Positions 1 through 9,141 of a stretch of 64,000 nucleotides of DNA are shown in pieces; the first letter of the stretch is position 1; each line of letters opens with the position of its first letter. The notes beneath the pieces were generated by a model that did no database searches, was not told the DNA's origin, and saw only the letters and a list, made by a program, of their open reading frames with translations. The stretch is from Rebecca billardiae RCC1528 (Eukaryota > Protista > Haptophyta). The position numbers were made by a program, and so were the translations under genes. The DNA lies in the NCBI GenBank assembly GCA_965240325.2, contig OZ251252.1:868001-932000 (forward strand), in the 5' to 3' direction.

Positions 1-1
1 C

Positions 2-103
2 GACACACCAAAAACCCTAGACATGGACGATGGCGACTTGATCGACGTGTTCATCGAAATGAAGGGCGGCGGCCGTATTCGGCCATGGGCACCTCCCGTG
101 TGA
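2..103 (+). CDS. SUMO-like ubiquitin-fold protein, 3' end (partial at window edge)
   Basis: Frame 2 reads DTPKTLDMDDGDLIDVFIEMKGG-GRIRPWAPPV*. This matches the SUMO/Smt3 C-terminal pattern (DTPxxLxMEDGDxIDxxxxQxGG plus tail). Not in the ORF track. Confidence 0.8.
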   Translation, partial: DTPKTLDMDDGDLIDVFIEMKGGGRIRPWAPPV

Positions 104-262
104 AGCCACCCGTCATCGACGTGTGGCGGCCCGGAACCGTGCGGACGCCGCGGCCCGGTCCGCGTCGCAGGACGCCGGGCGCGGGCCGTAACGGGGGCGC
201 CAGAGTCCGCACGGCCGCACGGCAGCGCGCTCGCGGGCGGCTCGGTCTCAGCATTCATAAAC

Positions 263-290
263 AGAGAGAGAGATAGAGAGCAGAGAGGGC

Positions 291-348
<58 letters not shown>

Positions 349-373
349 GAGAGAGAGAGAGAGAGAGAGAGAG
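263..373. repeat. (GA)n microsatellite
   Basis: Long, nearly pure GA dinucleotide run. Confidence 0.95.
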
Positions 374-391
374 GGTGAGTGAGACTGACTG

Positions 392-3296
392 TAGGGGGGC
401 CAAACCGCCCATTTAAAAATGAAAAGCAAAGTCGCGTCGCATTTTCGCTCCGCCCTCGGCCTCCAACCCCAGGCGAGTCCAACTACTACTAACTTCGGCC
501 ACAACATCATCCACCAGCTGCTGACCAAGAACAGGCTACACCATCGTCCACCATGACCTGCCACTGACCAAGTAGGCGACGACATCATCCGCACCAGCTG
601 CTGACCAAGTAGGGGACGGCCTGGCCGACGCCAACATGCTCACTCGCCTTTGATTTCGTACCCATGCACTTCCTGGTGGGCCTGACGACGTCCGGACGAC
701 GACAACAACGACATCCGCCATGGGGACCAACACCAACGCGCTCACACCACTGCCACTGCTGCAAGCTTCGACCAGTACCACTACAGACGAATCAGGAGAG
801 CTGCGCCCTCGTGCCTGTGTCTTTAAATCATAGAATTGGTCCAGACCTCAGGATTTGGGAAACTCGGAAATTCAAAACCCGCCGCGTGCGCCGCGTGCGC
901 CGCCACAGCCATCCGCCGCGAGGCGCCGCCGGCTGCCGCGCCGCCGCGGTCGTAGACGTGCACGCGGCGATGGCGCACGCCGTCGGGCAGAGGCATAGAG
1001 CCTTTCTGCGCCGCCCTGCGCCGGGCGACTCGCGTCTGCCCATCTTCTCCGCGCCTTGAGCCCGCACGGACGTGTGCGCCGCCTCTCACTTCAGCCGTGC
1101 TGTCATCCCCGCAAAGTATGCGCGCGCTGAGAGCAACCCGAGGCGCGCATCCCAGGAAGGCGTGAGCCATGTTACAGTACGGTCGTAGGCGCGCGCCATG
1201 GTGCCCAGTGGCTTCCCGCGCGTGCGTGCCTCTCTGCTGCCTCGGCAGGCAAGGCGCCCATGTCTCTGGCTGAACGTGGCGGCGGCGCAAGCTCGCGCTC
1301 GCGCGGGCCTCAAGCTGACCTTCCAGGTGCGAGGGCGCGAAGCGCTGCGCCACGCGCAAGCTACAGTAGTTCACCGCTTCGCTACCGCCCCGCTGCGTCC
1401 CATCGGAAGCTCTACTGGACATCGCGCGGCCTCGCCCTGGCGGCGGTAGGCGCGAGCGAGGTGGCGGGCGGCGGCGGCGTTCAGCTTGAGTCCGGGAGCG
1501 CGGCGCCCAGATTTCCACCCGGAAACCCACCTGGGGTGGGTTTTGGTTTTGGCTGGCAAATCCCGAGGTCTGGACCAATTCTATGATTTAAAGACACAGG
1601 CACGAGGGCGCAGCTCTCCTGATTCGTGGTTGGTAGGGTGGCGCGGAGCCTTTTTCTCGGACCTCGCTCGAAAATCGAGCTCCGACGCCTTCGGGCGCTC
1701 AGAGCTCGGTTCCGCTCCAGCACGAGCGGCCGGAGGCAGTGGACCGCCGCGCGCTCGCGACCTCTGAGACGCCGAGATGGTCTCGGGTGCGCGCGCGCGT
1801 GACGCTGGTGGGCGCTACTGACCCGTGCCTTTGCGCCACCAGCGGCTCACCACCCGCTTCTTGGCCACCTCGCGCCGTGCGCGGCGCGCGTCGGCCGGCT
1901 TGAATTGGTGCGCTGCGTACGCCCGCTACGCTACCGCACGGTGTGGCGCATGATCAACTCGGACCAATGAGATCGATGCTCGGACCAATCGTCCATGTAT
2001 GTCTGTGAATGCCCAGCTCGCCTAACCTGCCCTACTGCGCCGGAATCGCCGTCAGCAGACCGGCGCGAGCTCGCGCACAGCACCTCCGCGGAGCTCGCAA
2101 CTGTCATGTTCCGCTTGTAGGGCCCGTGTTTGCACCTGCCGTGGCACTTGCGATGGTCAGTACGTTGGGTATGGGTCACGTGTGCCCTCTGATGGCGTCT
2201 GGGCGCCTCCCATTCGCCTCTCAGGACGTCGCGGACGTGCTCGCAGGCAGCGGTTGGCTCATTCGACAGGTCCGACGTGCACTCGACCGTGCCTGCAAGC
2301 GCGCCCCTGTGACGCTCATGCCTGCAGAAGCAGATGCAGATGGGCCCTCATGCACCCTGGTGCGCCCAAGACCGGCGGGAGCGTCAGAGACCGTCTCAAT
2401 CTTGACACCTTGCACACGCCGGCGCTTGCCGTTGGGCTCCGCGCAGCCAGCCAGGAGCGCCGAACAGCGCCGGATCAGCCTCTGTAGGCCGAATATCCGC
2501 CCCTAAGCCCAGAAATAGCGCGGAACAGGGTAGTGCGTACCTATGTGGACCAATCCCATCCAGCCTGGTTTGGTGCAGACACGCCAGCCACCGCCTGGAG
2601 CAGACGTTTGCTGCCGAATCGCATGCTCGGCACTGTGCCGCACTGCGACGACGACAGATTTGACCTGCCTCGTAGGTCTCGGCCAGGGAGCGGTGACGGT
2701 TGGCTCGAGTGACTTTAAACCTTGACTATGACCGAGAGCACCCCCGGGCTGAGGACGTGGGGCCGGTGCTTTGGGTCTAATATGTCTGCAATACGCCGTA
2801 CGCGTGGCCGTATACACAGTCTGAAAACGTATCTCGCAGCTCGAGATCAGATGAGGCTGTATTCATCAGCATGGCGCCTATATACACAGTGGGTATGTAA
2901 CGATCGGTGGCTTCTAGGAAACTACATATTTGACAGCCTGCCAGTACACAGCCTATATCGCATGTTGCGGGACCTGCTGCTGCGCTGGGGACTCAGAACG
3001 ATAGTCGCTGAGATGCTCTAACAAAGTGAGGTCGACGTACATGGTCTATATGTCACATATAGGACGACCGTTACATGCCGTTTCCAATAAGTTCAGGCTC
3101 ATTCTAATAAGTAAATATGCTAGCCGTTACGCCCTATATTCAGGGTATGTGCACCTGATTTTTTTACATCATGGCCGGCCCAGACCCCTCCAGACTCCAG
3201 AGGGCAAATGATCCAGCCCGAAATCAGCTCTAAACACTCGCTAGGACCCGCGCTCGTGGCCGTCAGTAACGCTACAGTGCCACTTTGGCCCCCCTA
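392..3296. mobile_element. Non-autonomous TIR DNA transposon (hAT-like TAGGG termini, 5-bp TSD GACTG)
   Basis: Perfect 13-bp TIR TAGGGGGGCCAAA (392-404) / TTTGGCCCCCCTA (3284-3296). GACTG flanks both ends (387-391, 3297-3301). The interior is lower in GC and has no recognisable gene. Confidence 0.7.
787..1627. mobile_element. MITE-like element with 71-bp terminal inverted repeats, nested in the 392-3296 element
   Basis: ACGAATCAGGAGAGCTGCGCCCTCGTGCCTGTGTCTTTAAATCATAGAATTGGTCCAGACCTC... at 787-857 is the reverse complement of 1557-1627 (1 mismatch). No TSD visible. Confidence 0.7.
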
Positions 3297-3685
3297 GACT
3301 GAGAGACGGAGAGCCGGGAGAGCGGTGCCAGTCTGGTGAGTGAGACGGTCAGTCGGACCAGATATGCTGACTGCTGAATCGTACGCACTATCCGGGACGA
3401 CTCTGCGACGCCGATGATCTCGCGGCGTGCTGATCGCGCGAGATATGCGAGACTGGGCTGATGAGCAGATGAGCGACGCGTGCCGCCCAGCGCGGCACTC
3501 GGCTGGCGCAGAGCCGCATCGCATCACCGTCCGGCAGCCGCCGGCGCGCGGCCACGGGCAGCACCGCGCGGGTGCGCGCGTCATCGGGCGCCGCCAGCTC
3601 GCGGCAGCGGCTGTGCGCCAATCGGGCGGCGAGCTGCCGCGACACGCACCGATGCAGTACTGCAGTCCTCGCAGTTCTCCTACTC

Positions 3686-4498
3686 CTACTTGCGCATCGC
3701 CCAGGTCGGCCACTTGTCCCACCAGGGCGCCTGGGGCCGCTCGGCGTAGCTCACGACGACCTGCCGCCCGACCTCGCGCGCAAAGTCGTCGACCGCGCCC
3801 TTCACGGCGAGGCCGGTGCGATCGACGGTGCCGTCGAAGTTCACCGTCCAGTTCTGCTTCGTCTGCTGCGGCCCCTCCCACTGCGCGACGTAGTCGTGGC
3901 CTGCGAGCACGCCGCCTCGCCTCAGCTTGGGCCACCACGCGTGCAGGTCGGCCGCGACGCCCTTGCGGTCGTGCCGCGCGTCGACGTAGACGTAGTCGAA
4001 GGTGTCGTCGGCGTACCGCGCCGCGCACACCGTCGTGAAGTTCCGGCACACCTCCACCTTCTGCCGCCACCGCGCCACGTTGCGCAGCGCCACGCCCATC
4101 ACCCGGTCAAAGTCGCCGGCCGCCATGTTGTTCAGGTCCTCGTAGTTCCGCTGCGGCTCCCACAGGTCGACGAGGACGTATTTGCGGCAGGCGGGCCAGT
4201 TATCCAGCGTGTGCTTCGCGAACTTGCCGCGCAGCACGCCGAGCTCCGCGCCCACCGTCAGGTTGAGCCCCTGCAGGATCGCCGCCAGCTCGTCGCGCGA
4301 GCGGAAGGCGGGCAGCAGCGGCGGCGGCGGCGGCGGCGGCGGTGGCCGCGGTAGGCGTGCCGCAACGGCGGGCGCCGTCGAGGCGGTGGGCGCGATGTGC
4401 TGGATGTCGTCGAAGCGCGAGCCACGGCCGATGGTGAGCCCGGCAAGGAACGCGGCCAGCGCGCTGCCGAGCACCACCACGGCCGAGCCGCGCGCCAT
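3686..4498 (-). CDS. Class I SAM-dependent methyltransferase (Methyltransf_24-like) with N-terminal signal anchor
   Basis: GAELGVLRGKFA motif I, VLVDLW, DDTFDYVYVDARH and WWPKLRRGGVLAGHDY. Hydrophobic N-terminus from ATG 4498. Confidence 0.9.
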   Translation of the reverse strand: MARGSAVVVLGSALAAFLAGLTIGRGSRFDDIQHIAPTASTAPAVAARLPRPPPPPPPPPLLPAFRSRDELAAILQGLNLTVGAELGVLRGKFAKHTLDNWPACRKYVLVDLWEPQRNYEDLNNMAAGDFDRVMGVALRNVARWRQKVEVCRNFTTVCAARYADDTFDYVYVDARHDRKGVAADLHAWWPKLRRGGVLAGHDYVAQWEGPQQTKQNWTVNFDGTVDRTGLAVKGAVDDFAREVGRQVVVSYAERPQAPWWDKWPTWAMRK

Positions 4499-4930
4499 GC
4501 TGGTTTTGATTTTATTGACGACGATGGCGGCCGCGCCCCGCGGCATCAAAATACAAAATGCGCGCCACCTTCGTCCTTCTGCCCCCGGTCGGCTTGGCTT
4601 GGAGTTTCAATATAATATGATGATGATGACGATGATGATGATGATGACATGATCTCCGCCTCCGGTCAGTTGATAGCTGATGCCCGATGCCGCAGTCCGG
4701 TGACGGTCGCCTGTATTCGTATGCGATGCGTCTATGCGACGCGGGGCCAGGCAGCACCCCGGCCCCGCGAGTGTTCAGCGCGCCGGCGTCAGTCGTAGTT
4801 GAAGTTAGCCCGGTAAACAGTAAACAGTTATAGGGCCATGCCCATGGCCCGGGCACTTGGCTGTGGCAGCGCGGGCGGCCGTGTTGAGCGGCGGAGTGCT
4901 CCGCCCGCCAGCTGCACCCAGCCTCGGGGC

Positions 4931-6034
4931 TCAGCAGCACGTCCAGTACCCGTTGCGCCAGATCGTCGGCGGCCACAGCCGCATCGGCGGCGGTCGGCGC
5001 ACGAGCGTGCCGCCGGCGCCGCGCGCGCGCCGCCGCGCGCCCAGCCAGAACTCTTGCAGCGTGACGCACGGGTTGGCGTGTGCAAACGGAAAGGCGCACT
5101 CGGGCAGCTCGCGCAGGTAGTCGAGCGCGTCGCGGCGGGTGAGCTCGTACGTCGTGGTGTTCACCAGCGACATCGCCGCGTGCGACGCCGCGAGCAGCGC
5201 GAGCAGCACCACCGCCGGCCACAGCAGCAGCAGGTACAGATACAGCGGCCCGTTGAGGATTACCCATTTCTCAAACGGCGGCTCGGGCTCCGCGTTCGCC
5301 GCCATCGTGCCGTGGACGAGCGGGAGCGTGAGCGCGCACGCGAGGGTCTGCGCGAGGAGGAGCGCGAGGAAGAGCGCGTGGTTGCCCTCGCCCACGCAGT
5401 TCGCCACGAGGAAGCAGTGGTGGTCGTACCGCCACACGCAGCGCCGGCAGTAGGCGCAGTGGCGCGCGCGCAGCGGCCTGGGCTGGTGGTCGCAGCGCGC
5501 GCACTCGCCGGCGAGGTAGAGCGAGGCGGCGGCGTGCTCGGGCGCGCTCGCGTCGTCGCCGTCGGACGAGACGAGCAGCGCGCTCCCCTCCTCCTCCTCC
5601 GCGTGCGGCCCCGGCGCGGCGCGCGGCGGCGCGGCGGCGCCGGGCGCGGCCGCGCCGCGCTCGGCCGAGAGCAGCGCGCGGTCGGCGAGCGCCTCGAGCT
5701 GGCGGAGGACGTCGTCGCGCTCGACGTAGCCCGGGTTGCTGCGCACCACCCGCGCGTACAGCAAGCACGCGCCGATGCTCGCGTACGCGTACGCGAGCGC
5801 GTGCGCCATGCTCGCGCGCTGCAGCGCGCCGTGGCCGAGCAGCAGCGCGCCGAGCGCGAGGTGCAGCGCGGCGTGCGCGCCGATGGCGAGCTCGGGGCGC
5901 GGGCCCTTGGGCGTCCATGACCACGAGCCGCCGATCTGCGCCTCCAGCGTCGCGGCGTCGGCGTCGTCCTCCGCGTCGTCGGCGGCGGCCGCATCGCCGC
6001 CACCGCCCGCTGCTTTTGTCGGGCGCGGCGCCAT
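4931..6034 (-). CDS. DHHC-type S-palmitoyltransferase
   Basis: CxxC..RPLRARHCAYCRRCVWRYDHHCFLVANCVGEGN cysteine-rich DHHC domain, four hydrophobic segments and an NTTTYE (TTxE) motif. Confidence 0.95.
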   Translation of the reverse strand: MAPRPTKAAGGGGDAAAADDAEDDADAATLEAQIGGSWSWTPKGPRPELAIGAHAALHLALGALLLGHGALQRASMAHALAYAYASIGACLLYARVVRSNPGYVERDDVLRQLEALADRALLSAERGAAAPGAAAPPRAAPGPHAEEEEGSALLVSSDGDDASAPEHAAASLYLAGECARCDHQPRPLRARHCAYCRRCVWRYDHHCFLVANCVGEGNHALFLALLLAQTLACALTLPLVHGTMAANAEPEPPFEKWVILNGPLYLYLLLLWPAVVLLALLAASHAAMSLVNTTTYELTRRDALDYLRELPECAFPFAHANPCVTLQEFWLGARRRARGAGGTLVRRPPPMRLWPPTIWRNGYWTCC

Positions 6035-6761
6035 CGTGGGAGCCGCCGCGTTCACCTATGGATAATCACCTTGCGGCTTGCAAACCAAGCCCCCCAAAAC
6101 GGGATGGCGAGCACTGGGCGACGCGAGGGCCCGCCTGCGCAGCGCTCCCAAGGCCGCATGCGGGCGTGACAGCCGTGCGCGGGCACTTTGTGGGGGCTAG
6201 AAGACCCGTAGGCAGCAATCGTGCCGCCTCGCCGACGCCCTCGCCGCCCTCTCCGCGCGCAGAGACCTGCCGGATGGCAAGCGCAGTTCTGGAGAAGGCC
6301 TGTCCGACGAGCGTGATGGGCACGCGTGCGCCCCAGGGACATTCAAAGGTCGGCTTTTTCGCTTCTGCGAGATGGGCATGGGTGTACTCAATATCACTGC
6401 TTCGCCGGCAGCCATGCCGACATCGATCAGACCGCACACACACGCTCAACAGCTGGCAGGCCAGCAACCGGTTGAAATGGCGGCGCGCGTGATCACAAGG
6501 CTGTCGGCGAGGAGACCGCAGTGCGAGCCAAAGGAGGGCGCGCAAGACATGCATCTCGGTCGTGAGGCGTGCATGAGCCGCGAGCACGGGCACGACGTGC
6601 ACGGCAAAGCCCGTCATGCGCCTCGACGCGCACGCGCCGCGGCGGACGACCGAGGAGGGCGCGCGCAGGCTGGCCTTCTTGGCGGCGGCTGTCCGGGAGT
6701 GCCCGCGCACGCGCAACGCGTATTCAAAGAGCTCCCGGAAGGCATCGACTCCTAAGGGACG

Positions 6762-7812
6762 GAGGCCGCTCGAGCGACTTCGTGTCTGGCGAGGCAGATC
6801 GCGCCAGTGCGTGGCGAGGCAGACGCTCGCCTGCCTCGCCGCTTGGCGAGGCAGCTAAGCTAGTAAAGCCGCGGCCGAACTTTACGAAAGCCAAATGTCT
6901 GCCGGTGCGCCGCCCGTCTTTTGCGCACGGTGACAAGGGCGCGCGAGGGCGCTTCCTCACGATCCCGAAGAGCGCTGTGCGCGGCGTCGCGTTGGCGGCG
7001 GCAGCGGCGCTGGGGTGTATCTTGCCCATTCTGCGTGGCGGCGCGCTCTCATGACGCCTCGGCCGCCGCCACGCCATGCGCGACCGGGCGTGTCGCCTTC
7101 TTGACGGGCAGTGCACACGCCCTTGCAAGCGCACAGCCGTGAAGAGCCGAGAGCGTCCGTCGCGAGCACGCCGCCCACGCGGGATGCGTTGCCAGGGCTA
7201 TTCGTATGACACTGGGTGCTCGCGCTCTGGCATGTGCGAGCCAGGATGACCATGGGTAGCTATGATGAGCACTGCTAACCTGCATTTCAGCCGATGACAT
7301 CCTCTCGTTCAGTGATCTTGACTGCTCTGAACGCATGGCGAACTCGGCGAAGCGCATGCGCAAGGTGGCTTCGGTGACGACATAACGCATCCCACGTGGG
7401 CGGCGTGCTCGCGACGGACGCTCTCGGCTCTTCACGGCTGTGCGCTTGCAAGGGCGTGTGCACTGCCCGTCAAGAAGGCGACACGCCCGGTCGCGCATGG
7501 CGTGGCGGCGGCCGAGGCGTCATGAGAGCGCGCCGCCACGCAGAATGGGCAAGATACACCCCAGCGCCGCTGCCGCCGCCAACGCGACGCCGCGCGCAGC
7601 GCTCTTCGGGATCGTGAGGAAGCGCCCTCGCGCGCCCTTGTCACCGTGCGCAAAAGACGGGCGGCGCACCGGCAGACATTTGGCTTTCGTAAAGTTCGGC
7701 CGCGGCTTTACTAGCTTAGCTGCCTCGCCAAGCGGCGAGGCAGGCGAGCGTCTGCCTCGCCACGCACTGGCGCGATCTGCCTCGCCAGACACGAAGTCGC
7801 TCGAGTGGCCTC
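6762..7812. mobile_element. Foldback (long-TIR) element A, 1051 bp, 5-bp TSD GGACG
   Basis: Near-perfect 429-bp inverted arms (6762-7190 / 7384-7812) around a 193-bp spacer. Termini are GAG...CTC. GGACG at 6757-6761 and 7813-7817. Confidence 0.9.
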
Positions 7813-7817
7813 GGACG

Positions 7818-8872
7818 GAGTGCACTCGAGCGAAAACGTGCGCGGCGAGGCCACTTTCGCACGGGGTGGCGAGGCCACTTCGAGGGTGGCCTCGCCGCGG
7901 TGGCGAGGCCACCCTTCGTCGTCTTGCTACGGCAGAACTTTTAGAAACGAAAATGCCGCCTCCGCGCGCCCCATCTTCGTGCACGGCGGCGAGGGGCGCG
8001 CGGGGGCGCCGGCTCGCGATCCGAAGGGCAGTAGCTCGCGACCTCGCGTGGGCTGCGGCAGCGGCGCTGTGGCATGCCAGTCGCCTTCCGCGCGTCTGTG
8101 TGCGATCGCGCGCTCCCGCTCGTCGCCACGCCGCGCGCGACCGTTCACGCCACGGCCTTCCACGCTGCTTGCAGACCCTTGCGAGCACACGGCCGCGGAG
8201 AGCCCAGAGCGCCCGCCGCGAGCGCGACGCACTGCTAGGATGTGATGTACTGATAGCCACGCTGACATGCGCTTGCGTTCCCCTGAGTGCAGCCCACATC
8301 CAGACCATTTCCTACCGCTGCACGAGAGTCCATGGTCTATCACACGACCATCGACCTGTGCACATTACTGCAGCTGCCCATGATCATCACACGTATCTCG
8401 TGGGCTAAAGCGTGCCTCGTAGGGCCAGTGCACTACCAGTACAACACATCCCAGCAGTGCGTCGCGCTCGCGGCGGGCGCTCTGGGCTCTCCGCGGCCGT
8501 GTGCTCGCAAGGGTCTGCAAGGCAGCGTGGAAGGCCGTGGCGTGAACGGTCGCGCGCGGCGTGGCGACGAGCGGGAGCGCGCGATCGCACACAGACGCGC
8601 GGAAGGCGACTGGCATGCCACAGCGCCGCTGCCGCAGCCCACGCGAGGTCGCGAGCTACTGCCCTTCGGATCGCGAGTCGGCGCCCCCGCGCGCCCCTCG
8701 CCGCCGTGCACGAAGATGGGGCGCGCGGAGGCGGCATTTTCGTTTCTAAAAGTTCTGCCGTAGCAAGACGACGAAGGGTGGCCTCGCCACCGCGGCGAGG
8801 CCACCCTCGAAGTGGCCTCGCCACCCCGTGCGAAAGTGGCCTCGCCGCGCACGTTTTCGCTCGAGTGCACTC
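7818..8872. mobile_element. Foldback (long-TIR) element B, 1055 bp, 5-bp TSD GGACG
   Basis: Near-perfect ~440-bp inverted arms (7818-8256 / 8433-8872, one 1-bp indel) around a ~176-bp spacer. Termini are GAG...CTC. GGACG at 7813-7817 and 8873-8877. Confidence 0.9.
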
Positions 8873-9141
8873 GGACGGTGCCTTTCGCCGCGCGACGAGG
8901 TGTTTTGGGGGGCTTGGTTTGCAAGCTTGCGGGCGCGCTCCATCTTCCGTCGGCGCTCCACGCGGGTTGCTGAAAAAATGCGCGGAGTGGAGCGCCGAAT
9001 TTGTTATTTGATGACGGCGCGGACAAAATCATGATCATCGCGGACGCATGATGACTCGTCAGACGCCGTTGCGGCAGCGCGCCGCGCAGGCTCGACGTAC
9101 CGCGCCGCCACGGCGCCAGACGGTGTGCAGGCTCGGCCGGC

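Larger units (their letters stand above)
6076..8926. mobile_element. Non-autonomous TIR DNA transposon (25-bp TIR, 5-bp TSD TTGCG) hosting two nested foldback elements
   Basis: GCTTGCAAACCAAGCCCCCCAAAAC (6076-6100) is the exact reverse complement of 8902-8926. TTGCG at 6071-6075 and 8927-8931. Confidence 0.85.

Noticed and set aside
503-612. Direct repeats ACATCATCC..ACCAGCTGCTGACCAAG as a possible CRISPR-like array
   Set aside because: Only two full copies and one partial, with irregular spacing, in a eukaryotic context. More likely subterminal repeats of the 392-3296 element.
2722-3211. Low-GC ORFs (99 aa, 61 aa) as a transposase or viral gene
   Set aside because: Short, no recognisable motifs, and atypical codon usage; treated as element interior.
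6724-9011. Pairs of near-identical ORFs on opposite strands (e.g. 6724-7134 / 7440-8408, 7941-8129 / 8561-8749)
   Set aside because: By-products of the foldback arms; no transposase or other domain is recognisable.
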